From: Eledone cirrhosa
Taxonomy: Eukaryota
Direction of reading: 5' to 3'
Length of the DNA: 64,000 nucleotides
Assembly: GCA_964016885.1 (NCBI GenBank)
Contig: OZ024744.1
Location: 46,748,001 to 46,812,000 of the forward strand
Below the pieces are notes generated by a model. It did not search any database, had not been told where the DNA came from, and saw nothing but the letters and a program-made list of their open reading frames with translations. Positions 40,765 to 51,929 of the stretch are shown piece after piece. Numbering within the stretch: the stretch's first letter is position 1; each line of letters opens with the position of its first letter. The translations under genes and the position numbers were made by a program.

Positions 40765-42195
40765 TGTATGTATGTGTGTATATGTATATATATGTATGTA
40801 TGTATGTGTGTATATGTATATTTGTGTACGTCGCCATATATGCATGTATGTGTGTATGTACTTGTATATTTGTGTACGTCGCCATATATGCATGTATGTA
40901 TGTGTGTATGTGTATATTTGTGTACGACGCCATATATGTATGTATGTGTGTATATGTATATTTGTGTACATCGTCATGTATGTATGTATGTATGTATGTA
41001 TGTATGTATGTATGTATATTTGTGAACGTCGCCATATATGCATGTATGTATGTGTGTATATGTATATTTGTGTACATCGCCATATATGTATGCATGTGTG
41101 TATATGTATATTTGTGAACGTCGCCATATATGCATGTATGTATGTGTGTATATGTATATATATGTATGTATGTATGTGTGTATATGTATATTTGTGTACG
41201 TCGCCATATATGCATGTATGTATGTTTGTGTGTATATGTATATTTGTGTACGTCACTATATATGTATGTATGTTTGTGTGTATATGTATATTTGTGTACG
41301 TCGCCATATACGTATGTATGTTTGTGTGTATATGTATATTTGTGTACGTCGCCATATATGCATGTATGTGTGTATGTATATGTATATTTGTGTACGTCGC
41401 CATATATGCTTATATGTGTATATGTATATTTGTGTACGACGTCATATCTGTATGTATGTGTGTATATATTTGTGTACGTCGCCATATATGTATGTCTGTA
41501 TGTGTGTATATGTATATTTGTGTACGTCGCCATATATGAATGTATGTATGTGTGTATATGTATATTTGTGTATGTCGTCATATATGTATGTATGTATATG
41601 TATATTTGTGTACGTTACCATATATGTATGTCTGTATGTGTGTATATGTATATATGTATATTTGTGTGTATATGTATATATGTCGCCATATATGTATGTA
41701 TGTGTGTATATGTATAGTTGTGTACGTCGCCATATATGTATGTATGTGTGTGTATATATATGTGTGTACGTCGCCATATATGTATGTATATTTGTGTACG
41801 TCGCCATATATGTATGTATGTATGTGTGTATATGTATATTTGTGTACGTCGCCATATATGTATGTGTGTATATGTATATTTGTGTACGTCACCATATATG
41901 TATGTCTGTATGTGTGTATATGTATATTTGTGTACGTCGCCTTCTATGTATGTCTGTATGTGTGTATATGTTTATTTGTGTACGTCGCCATATATGTATG
42001 TATGTGTGTATATGTATATTTGTGTATGTCGCCATATATGCATGTATGTATGTGTGTATATGTATATTTGTATACGTCGCCATATATATATGTATGAATA
42101 TGTCATACATACATATATGTATATGTATGTATGTATGTATGTATGTATATGTATATAGGTATGTATGTATGTATATGTATGTATATGCCATATAT
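40765..42195 (+). repeat. Minisatellite, ~40-46 bp unit TATATTTGTGTACGTCGCCATATATG(TATG)n(TG)n
   Basis: Recurrent GTACGTCGCCAT core in a TA/TG background. Confidence 0.92.
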
Positions 42196-42209
42196 GTATG
42201 TATATCTAT

Positions 42210-42816
42210 GTCAGGTCACCATTTGGTGCCACTGGTAACATGTATCCCAGTACAACCTGTCCCATGGTCGAGTCGTTGGCGACTAAACTGGCAACCCCAC
42301 CAAAGTGTCTTGGTGAGGAGGGTGACTTTGGACATCCTGCAGGACTAAAAACAAAACCTCTCAAAGGGCAAAGAGGTCTTAAGAGTCAATGGCCATCCAA
42401 AGTCACCGGGAGAGATGACCCCTTAGCCTTTGTCAAGGCAGAATTCTAGAAGGAAAACTCTGATAAAACACCTGCAACCCTGATGGTATCCAATGATGTT
42501 GACTTGTTCTTCTTTTTGGTAAATATCATCTTGGTTAAGCGAGTGGGACTGGCTTTGTGCAGTGCCTTTGCTCACTATTAAAGCCTCACGGCACAGGCAT
42601 TGCCTTATATCTAGAGATCTCTCTGCACTTGTCGTCACATGGTACCATGGGCCCAGCATAATGTGTCAATAATTGTCGCAAGTGTAGTGTTTGTACCAGA
42701 GTTTTCAAGTCACTGGCTGGACTAAAAAATCACACTCGTTCAACGCATCGGTAAGGGTTCTCCTACATGGATATAAAGTAGTGGCCATACTCGAAAACGA
42801 GTTGGCAGCCACCACC
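42210..42816. other. ~600 bp higher-GC island interrupting the minisatellite; probable retroelement UTR fragment(s)
   Basis: Abrupt composition change with the same minisatellite on both sides; no recognisable protein. Confidence 0.4.
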
Positions 42817-43935
42817 ATGTGTGTATATGTATATTTGTGTACGTCGCCATATATATATGTATGTGTGTGTATATATGTATATTTGTGTACGTCGCCATAT
42901 ACGTATGTGTGTATATGTATATGTATATTCGTGTACGTCGCCATATATGCATGTATGTATGTGTATGTATATTTGTGTACGTCGCCATATATATATGTAT
43001 GTATGTGTGTATATGTATATTTGTGTACGTCGCCATATATGTATGTATGTATATGTATATTTGTGAACGTCGCCATATATGTATGTATGTGTGTATATGT
43101 ATATTTGTGTACGTCGCCATATATGCATGTATGTATGTGTGTATATGTGTGTATATGTATATTTGTGTACGTCGCCATATATTTATGTATGTATGTGTGT
43201 ATATGTATATTTGTGTACGTCACCATATATATATATGTATGTATGTGTGTGTATATTTGTGTACGTCGCCATATATATATGTATGTATATGTGTATATGT
43301 ATATTTGTGTACGTCGCCATATATGTATGTATGTATATGTATATTTGTGAACGTCGCCATATATGTATGTATGTGTGTATATGTATATTTGTGTACGTCG
43401 CCATATATGCATGTATGAATGTGTATGTATATTTGTGTACGTCGCCATATATATATGTATGTATGTGTGTATATGTATATTTGTCTACGTCGCCATATAT
43501 GTATGTATGTATATGTATATTTGTGAACGTCGCCATATATGTATGTATGTGTGTATATGTATATTTGTGTACGTCGCCATATATGCATGTATGCATGTGT
43601 GTATATGTATATTTGTGTACGTCACCATATATATATATGTATGTATGTGTGTGTATATTTGTGTACGTCGCCATATATATATGTATGTATATGTGTATAT
43701 GTATACTTGTGAACGTCGCCATATATGTATGTATGTGTGTATATGTATATTTGTGTACGTCGCCATATATGCATGTATGTATGTGTGTATATGTGTGTAT
43801 ATGTATATTTGTGTACGTCGCCATATATGTATGTATGTATGTATGTGTGTATATGTATATTTGTGTACGTCGCCATATATGTATGTATGTATGTGTGTAT
43901 ATGTATATTTGTGTACGTCGCCATATATGTATGTG
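42817..43935 (+). repeat. Same GTACGTCGCCAT minisatellite, second block
   Basis: Read directly from the sequence. Confidence 0.92.
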
Positions 43936-44558
43936 TTTGTACTGTGTGTGTTTAGCCCTAACTTTTTATGTATATGTATATCATGCTTTTCTATGTGTTT
44001 TTGTGTTTCAGTTATAGTTTTTTTGTTTCCTTGCCTTTTGTTGTTTGTCTTTACCCCCGTGGCTGTGCATGTTTGTTTTTTGTTTTTATTTCATTTTTAT
44101 TTTTATTCTTATTTTATATTTATTTTTGATCATTTTGTTTGTTTTTATATATATTTTTTTTTGTATAAGGTTATTTATTTTTATTTTTATTTTTAATTTT
44201 TATTATATTATTTTACCATTTCATTTTTATATTTTAATTTATGTATATATTCTTATTTATATGTGCGTATATAGTCCTCCATCAACTACTATATACCTAT
44301 TTTTCTTCTACCTTCATTTATGTATACGTGTTTTCAAATGCGTACATACACATATATTTTATACTATACACATGCAATTGTATATGTAGATTTATCTATG
44401 CATGTATGTATATATAACATATATATGTAGAAGTTATATTTAATTTGTTGGGATACAACAAGCAAATATTTTTAAAACTGGTATAAAGCACTCAACAAAT
44501 TTTTGGAGTAAAAATACAATATATTAACAAATGGAAACTATATTTATAAAACCATATT

Positions 44559-44623
44559 TATTTCATTATACATATTTCAAGGACACCAAAGCAAATTATG
44601 GTGCGCTTTCATCAGATAAAATA
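44559..44623 (-). ncRNA. Type I hammerhead ribozyme (left arm of palindrome)
   Basis: UAUUUUAU-CUGAUGA-AAGCGCACCA..UGGUGUCCUU-GAAA-UAUGUA-UA^-AUGAAAUA; one helix II mismatch. Confidence 0.85.
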
Positions 44624-44790
44624 TAATATAGATCAGTTTTATAAACAAATATTGACATACCCTTAAAGATTAAAGAATGCGACCATGCCGGTTGGAAGCT
44701 CCCGGATAGAGCTATTCTGGAGCTTCCAACCGACATGGTCGCATTCTTTAAGGGTATGTCAATATTTGTTCATAAAACTGATCTATATTA

Positions 44791-44855
44791 TATTTTATCT
44801 GATGAAAGGGCACCATAATTTGCTTTGGTGTCCTTGAAATATGTATAATGAAATA
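44791..44855 (+). ncRNA. Type I hammerhead ribozyme (right arm of palindrome)
   Basis: Helix I UAUUUUAU/AUGAAAUA; CUGAUGA 44799-44805; 10-bp helix II AAGGGCACCA/UGGUGUCCUU; GAAA 44836-44839; quasi-palindromic helix III; cleavage after A44847; AATAAA 44852-44857. Confidence 0.9.
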
Positions 44856-45513
44856 AATATGGTTTTATAAATATAGTTTCCATTTGTTAATATATATATA
44901 TGTATTCCCCTCTTCCGACCAACCCAACCACGGATTACACATATTGGACATCGCTCCCAAGAATCAACCACATCCCAAGGATATTACCCAGCATTCCACC
45001 ACATCCTCTACGGACTCACCCACGGACATACACTCAAATAGTTTTTTTATTTCCCACACGCCACCTACATCCACAACACGCATAACCACCACACACACGT
45101 GCGTACCACCACATATTTACACACTCAGCCTCTGGAATCCTCTTCCCCACCCTCTAACCCCTCCCCATCCACACACGCACACACACACACCGACCTACAC
45201 CCCACCCACACACGCACACACACACACCGACCTACACCCCACCCACACACGCACACACACACACCGACCTACACCCCACCCACACACACCTTTTCCTGAA
45301 CATGCAACCCCGTTCTTCCCCCAACTCTTACTTTCACATACACACACACCACCCTCTCCCCACTCCACCCTCCACCACCCCTACACGCCCCACACCCTTC
45401 CACCACCTGTTTTCTTCATGTTTATTTTTATTTTTATTATGCTTTTATATTTAATTTCATTTGTACCGTTTCCTCTCACCCTTTTTCTATATGGAACTCT
45501 CTTCCCACACACT

Positions 45514-45586
45514 TTTCACCTGAAGAAGGGCTTATGTCCGAAACGTCGTTCCCCACCACCACCACCCCACTCCCAAGAGCGTGAAA
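45514..45586 (+). ncRNA. Minimal hammerhead motif (GAAACGUC type) with displaced helix I
   Basis: UUUCAC-CUGAAGA-A-GGGC UUAU GUCC-GAAA-CGUC^. The complement GUGAAA lies 33 nt downstream (45581-45586), followed by AATAAA. Confidence 0.7.
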
Positions 45587-45641
45587 CTAATAAACCTTTG
45601 TTCGTACTGCCTCTCTGTTTTGTTCCCGTTCAATTTTTTAC

Positions 45642-45672
<31 letters not shown>

Positions 45673-45755
45673 GTATGTATATATATATATATATGTATAT
45701 ATATATAATGTAAGTATGTATACGTACATACATATATGTATACAGACGTACAGTA

Positions 45756-45758
<3 letters not shown>

Positions 45759-45844
<86 letters not shown>
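45759..45844. repeat. Perfect (TA)n microsatellite
   Basis: Read directly from the sequence. Confidence 0.95.
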
Positions 45845-45848
<4 letters not shown>

Positions 45849-46167
45849 CATACATACAGGTACACATACATATATGTACGTATCAGTTTAGCGGACGCTT
45901 ATTATAACGCCCGCTTTGTTCGTTTGGAAACAAACTGAACAGCCTGAATTTATGCCGTACGGTGTTAAGGCAACCACGTCACCTTTTTGTTCAACACTGA
46001 CACAGCAACGATGTACTAGTTTCAAGCTTGTTAGCTATATTCAGCACCGTATACCCTTCTGCCAGATGGTTGAACGTTCGAAAGTATATACTTTCCTTAT
46101 GAAAATTAACGGCTGAGAGCAGCCTAATTTGCATATCGAGTGAGTTCGGCCAGGCGTACCGAGAACG

Positions 46168-46395
46168 ATAAGTTGTAATAAAATGAAAACGAAATTTCAT
46201 TTCTCACTCTTAGTACGGCACTTACTTAAATGTAAGTATGTATGTATACGTACATACATATATGTATACAGACGTACAGTAGCATGTACGTCTGTATACA
46301 TATATGTATGTACGTATACATACATACTTACATTTAAGTAAGTGCCGTACTAAGAGTGAGAAATGAAATTTCGATTTCATTTTATTACAACTTAT
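46168..46395. repeat. ~228 bp hairpin/palindrome
   Basis: ATAAGTTGTAATAAAATGAAA..CAGACGTACA / TGTACGTCTG..TTTCATTTTATTACAACTTAT with a short GTAGCA loop. Confidence 0.9.
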
Positions 46396-46453
46396 ATATA
46401 TATATATATATACGATATTAAATAAATGGAAACTATATTTATAAAACCATATT

Positions 46454-46519
46454 TATTTCATTATATATATTTCAGGGATATCATATTAAAAATATGTTAT
46501 GCCTTCTTCAGACAAAATA
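46454..46519 (-). ncRNA. Type I hammerhead ribozyme at the PLE 3' end
   Basis: UAUUUUGU-CUGAAGA-AGGCAUAACAUAUU uuu AAUAUGAUAUCCCU-GAAA-UAUAUA-UA^-AUGAAAUA; palindromic helix III; overlapping AAUAAA. Confidence 0.85.
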
Positions 46520-46669
46520 CAATATAAACAGTCTTATAAATAGATAGATTCGACATACCTTTCAACTTCGACTTCTATTTGAAAAGTTGATTTGGTAGTG
46601 AAAAAATATTAGGGACAGTTATAAAAAGAAAGAAAGAAAAACGAAGAAAAAGAATAAATGCATGCAACT

Positions 46670-46766
46670 AAATAGAGAGAGATAGATATAGAGAGATAGA
46701 TAGAGAGAAGAAATTCATGTAAAGAAACAGAGAGAGATATATAGAGAGAGGAAAAAACACAGAGGG

Positions 46767-46797
<31 letters not shown>

Positions 46798-46862
46798 AGA
46801 GAGGAGAGAGAGAGAGAGAGAAAATATAGAGAGATAGATATAGATAGAGATAGAGAGAAAGA
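46670..46862. repeat. (GA)n/(GATA)n microsatellite region
   Basis: Read directly from the sequence. Confidence 0.85.
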
Positions 46863-47881
46863 AAATAGGTAGTTGGGCACCAGTTGAATGACGTATCAAT
46901 GATATATTTATTTATTTATTTATTTATTTAGCTCTAGTATTAATGTAGAGGGAGATATATGTGGTTAAGAGAGAAAACAGCCGTTACATATAGAGAAAAG
47001 AAAAATATCCAGACATAAACGAGGCAGATTTAAAACACTATGTTTCATCAATGTAAAAAATATCAATTCGTATAAAACAGGCATTATAATGTAAATATCA
47101 GTATTCATGAATGAGACACGTATCAATAATGTGTGAAAAATAATGATCATATGTCTAGTTTAAAATTCCTAGGTTTATATTAGAGTTGAGATAAAATAGA
47201 AGGTTATCCCAGATTTTATACTATATACATCAATGTGAATTTACGTGATCAGCTCTGCAAATTCCTATTTCACACGAAAACATTCTCATTGTGCTATAAA
47301 AATTCTAGTATACATATATGTGTACATACACACAAATATATATAGAGTCTACATTAATTTTAACAATACTATTCATGTCTTTACTCTACATGATTATCGT
47401 TCAAGCATAAATAGAGAACAGATATCAATATATCAATAAAAATATCAGAAACAAAAAATAAATAAAAAACAAAAAAATCAAAAAAATATTAAAGATAAAA
47501 ATATTAAAAATATTAAAAATATTAAAATAAAAATAAAACATATATGCCCCGCAAATCAACCACAGAGATGAACCCTTCAAAGTTAATTGACAATATATTG
47601 CCAAGTTCGTTATAAGCATCAGAATCAAAAGCAAACAAAACCAAAAATTATTTACCAAATCCTGTCTAGCAGAAAACATTCCAAAAGTTTAGGATACCCA
47701 TTTGATCTACAGATGGTCTTATATTTAATATAGAAGTTTATCTAGTGTAAAATTTATTCGATATATTTGGAGCATCAGCTTTTAGGGTAGTTTAATTATT
47801 CATGAAGAATGTTTAAAATAAAAAGGAATCGAAAGATTTATCGGCGAGTTTCATAAATAATTATAAATCAAATTAAATATA

Positions 47882-48767
47882 CTACATTTTAAATTTATAT
47901 TTATATTTAAAAGTTGAGTTCAATCTATGTCTGCAGCAACTGAATAAATTTGTCCGTAAATTAAGGGAATTTTTAGATTTTAGTATAAAGAATATCTCCT
48001 CCGCGCAGAGGTCACATGTCTCAGAGGATGAATTAAAAGGAATCCCTCTTGAGACTATATTCCAAGCCGTTGAATATCCAACGATATCATGCCTAAGTTG
48101 CCAGAGTAAGCCTGATAGTGATGTTGAGGATTTTTTGCTTGGATCTGTGAAAGAATTCTTGTGGTTATTATAGCGAAGTTTAAATTCTGTCGAGGTGGAA
48201 CCAACATAGTTAAAAGAATTTAAGTCCGTTTTAACATTACAGTTGTATATTATATTTTTAACTAAGCAATTGTTATTTAACGGACATTTAGATCTATCTC
48301 TACAGTTACATTTGTTAACTTGGATATTATTTATGCTATTATCGGTATTTTGGCTAGGTTTTAAATTCCTATTATTTATTCTATTAATATTTTGTGCTAA
48401 ATTTTTGGTGGATGAGTAGGTTAATTTTATAGTATGTCTATTGAAAATTGAGTGATACCTATGTGTTCTAGGGAAGCGATTATCAAGAGCATTAAAAAAT
48501 AGTTTAGCGATGTGGGTTTTAATGTTTAGTGAGAAAGGGGGGCCAAACCATATTATATTCCTAGTTCTATTTCTTTTTTGGCTTTTGGAATTATTGTAAT
48601 GCTTTCTATTATAGTTGTTAAAGTTGTTGCCGTAATTAAAATTGTTGTTATTTTGGTTAGTTTGTCTATTATTATCTATGTACATAATTTTATCACTATA
48701 TCCTGCTCTAGCTAACGCTTCATTGTAATACTGGGCTTTTTCGTCGAAAATCTTTTTATTAGATGAG
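47882..48767 (-). pseudogene. C-terminal third of a PLE polyprotein (linker + GIY-YIG)
   Basis: Homologous to the last ~330 aa of the 2232..4553 protein; RT core missing. Confidence 0.88.
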
Positions 48768-48973
48768 ATATATATATATATGCTACTGAGATATATATAT
48801 ATATGCTACTGTACGTCTGTATACATATATGTATGTACGTATACATACTTACATTATATATATATACATATATATATATATATACATACATATATATATA
48901 TATACATATATATATATAGTAAAAAATTGAACGGGAACAAAACAGAGAGGCAGTACGAACAAAGGTTTATTAG

Positions 48974-49046
48974 TTTCACGCTCTTGGGAGTGGGGTGGTG
49001 GTGGTGGGGAACGACGTTTCGGACATAAGCCCTTCTTCAGGTGAAA
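48974..49046 (-). ncRNA. Mirror copy of the minimal hammerhead motif at 45514-45586
   Basis: Plus strand GACGTTTCGGACATAAGCCCTTCTTCAGGTGAAA. Confidence 0.7.
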
Positions 49047-49671
49047 AGTGTGTGGGAAGAGAGTTCCATATAGAAAAAGGGTGAGAGGAAACGGTACAAA
49101 TGAAATTAAATATAAAAGCATAATAAAAATAAAAATAAACATGAAGAAAACAGGTGGTGGAAGGGTGTGGGGCGTGTAGGGGTGGTGGAGGGTGGAGTGG
49201 GGAGAGGGTGGTGTGTGTGTGTGTATGTGAAAGTAAGAGTTGGGGGAAGAACGGGGTTGCATGTTCAGGAAAAGGTGTGTGTGGGTGGGGTGTAGGTCGG
49301 TGTGTGTGTGTGCGTGTGTGGGTGGGGTGTAGGTCGGTGTGTGTGTGTGCGTGTGTGGATGGGGAGGGGTTAGAGGGTGGGGAAGAGGATTCCGGAGGCT
49401 GAGTGTGTAAATATGTGGTGGTACGCACGTGTGTGTGGTGGTTATGCGTGTTGTGGATGTAGGTGGCGTGTGGGAAATAAAAAAAGTATTTGAGTGTATG
49501 TCCGTGGGTGAGTCCGTAGAGGATGTGGTGGAATGCTGGGTAATATCCTTGGGATGTGGTTGATTCTTGGGAGCGATGTCCAATATGTGTAATCCGTGGT
49601 TGGGTTGGTCGGAAGAGGGGAATACATATATATATATTAACAAATGGAAACTATATTTATAAAACCATATT

Positions 49672-49736
49672 TATTTCATTATACATATTTCAAGGACACC
49701 AAAGCAAATTATGGTGCCCTTTCATCAGATAAAATA
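49672..49736 (-). ncRNA. Type I hammerhead ribozyme (palindrome copy 2)
   Basis: Reverse complement of 44791-44855. Confidence 0.88.
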
Positions 49737-49903
49737 TAATATAGATCAGTTTTATGAACAAATATTGACATACCCTTAAAGAATGCGACCATGTCGGTTG
49801 GAAGCTCCAGAATAGCTCTATCCGGGAGCTTCCAACCGGCATGGTCGCATTCTTTAATCTTTAAGGGTATGTCAATATTTGTTTATAAAACTGATCTATA
49901 TTA

Positions 49904-49968
49904 TATTTTATCTGATGAAAGCGCACCATAATTTGCTTTGGTGTCCTTGAAATATGTATAATGAAATA
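49904..49968 (+). ncRNA. Type I hammerhead ribozyme (palindrome copy 2)
   Basis: CTGATGA 49912-49918, helix II, GAAATATGTATA^ATGAAATA. Confidence 0.85.
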
Positions 49969-50591
49969 AATATGGTTTTATAAATATAGTTTCCATTTGT
50001 TAATATATTGTATTTTTACTCCAAAAATTTGTTGAGTGCTTTATACCAGTTATAAAAATATTTGCTTGTTGTATCCCAACAAATTAAATATAACTTCTAC
50101 ATATATATGTTATATATACATACATGCATAGATAAATCTACATATACAATTGCATGTGTATAGTATAAAATATATGTGTATGTACGCATTTGAAAACACG
50201 TATACATAAATGAAGGTAGAAGAAAAATAGGTATATAGTAGTTGATGGAGGACTATATACGCACATATAAATAAGAATATATACATAAATTAAAATATAA
50301 AAATGAAATGGTAAAATAATATAATAAAAATTAAAAATAAAAATAAAAATAAATAACCTTATACAAAAAAAAATATATATAAAAACAAACAAAATGATCA
50401 AAAATAAATATAAAATAAGAATAAAAATAAAAATGAAATAAAAACAAAAAACAAACATGCACAGCCACGGGGGTAAAGACAAACAACAAAAGGCAAGGAA
50501 ACAAAAAAACTATAACTGAAACACAAAAACACATAGAAAAGCATGATATACATATACATAAAAAGTTAGGGCTAAACACACACAGTACAAA

Positions 50592-51452
50592 CACATACAT
50601 ATATGGCGACGTACACAAATATACACGCACATACATACATTTATATATATGGTGACGTACACAAATATACATATACACACATGCATACATGCATATATGG
50701 CGACGTACACAAATATACATATACACACATACATACATATATGGCGACGTTCACAAATATACATATACATACATACATATATGGCGACGTACACAAATAT
50801 ACATATACACAGATACATATATATATGGCGACGTACACAAATATACATACACATACATACATGCATATATGGCGACGTACACAAATATACATATACACAC
50901 ATACATACATATATGGCGACGTTCACAAATATACATATACATGCATACATATATGGCGACGTACACAAATATACATATACACATATACATACATATATAT
51001 ATGGCGACGTACACAAATATACACACACATACATACATATATATATATGGTGACGTACACAAATATACATATACACACATACATACATAAATATATGGCG
51101 ACGTACACAAATATACATATACACACATATACACACATACATACATGCATATATGGCGACGTACACAAATATACATATACACACATACATACATATATGG
51201 CGACGTTCACAAATATACATATACATACATATATGGCGACGTACACAAATATACATATACACACATACATACATATATATATGGCGACGTACACAAATAT
51301 ACATACACATACATACATGCATATATGGCGACGTACACAAATATACATATACATATACACACATACGTATATGGCGACGTACACAAATATACATATATAC
51401 ACACACATACATATATATATGGCGACGTACACAAATATACATATACACACAT
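50592..51452 (-). repeat. GTACGTCGCCAT minisatellite, inverted copy
   Basis: ATGGCGACGTACACAAATATAC units. Confidence 0.92.
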
Positions 51453-51929
51453 GGTGGTGGCTGCCAACTCGTTTTCGAGTATGGCCACTACTTTATATCC
51501 ATGTAGGAGAACCCTTACCGATGCGTTGAACGAGTGTGACTTTTTAGTCCAGCCAGTGACTTGAAAACTCTGGTACAAACACTACACTTGCGACAATTAT
51601 TGACACATAATGCTGGGCCCATGGTACCATGTGACGACAATAAATGGGTTTATAAAGAACAGAATGAGATAAACAAGACAAAGTTAGATAAAATAAATCA
51701 GCTGTAAGGATATTATACGATATATTTATAATATTTTAATATATTTTTACTGGTCGTCTGCTCCCATTGATAGAGAGAGGAGTGGTGGGAGGTAGCCATA
51801 ACAACCGTGGTAGCAGCACTGAGGTTTGTTTTTAAAGAAGTGAATACAAGAAAAACAAGCAACAAATTTAATTGACTAAAATTAGTTTAAACATCTAAAT
51901 CTTAAGAATATTAAATCTCTTTAGCCCTT

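Larger units (their letters stand above)
44519..44895. repeat. ~377 bp near-perfect palindrome built from a PLE 3' terminus, copy 1
   Basis: Arms pair to a 2-nt centre (44710-44711) with a few mismatches and one ~7-nt indel. Confidence 0.93.
42629..45770 (+). repeat. Left arm of a ~3 kb inverted duplication
   Basis: Reverse complement of 48792-51640; mirrored ORFs such as 44045..44389(+) and 50138..50482(-) are identical. Confidence 0.95.
46414..48767 (-). mobile_element. 5'-truncated Penelope-like element (RT-thumb end, linker, GIY-YIG, long 3' UTR, terminal hammerhead)
   Basis: ORF 47882..48685: RNIIWFGPPFS, CNCRDRSKCPLNNNC, NIIYNC..NYVGST..FKLRYNNH, CDLC..CRH. Both ends lie in (TA)n. The 3' extent is inferred from the hammerhead. 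Confidence 0.82.
49632..50008. repeat. Hammerhead-bearing palindrome, copy 2
   Basis: Inverted duplicate of 44519-44895. Confidence 0.93.
48792..51640 (-). repeat. Right arm of the ~3 kb inverted duplication
   Basis: Reverse complement of 42629-45770 with a few SNPs and fewer minisatellite units. Confidence 0.95.

Noticed and set aside
40554-44389. Long Y/I/C/V/M/H-rich ORFs on both strands (also 838-1713, 45532-45907, 50138-51578)
   Set aside because: Artefacts of TA/TG micro- and minisatellites that lack stop codons.
44884-45708. 274-aa His/Pro/Thr-rich ORF and its mirror 48849..49643
   Set aside because: Low-complexity CA-rich repeat with no domain; the second copy arises only from the inverted duplication.
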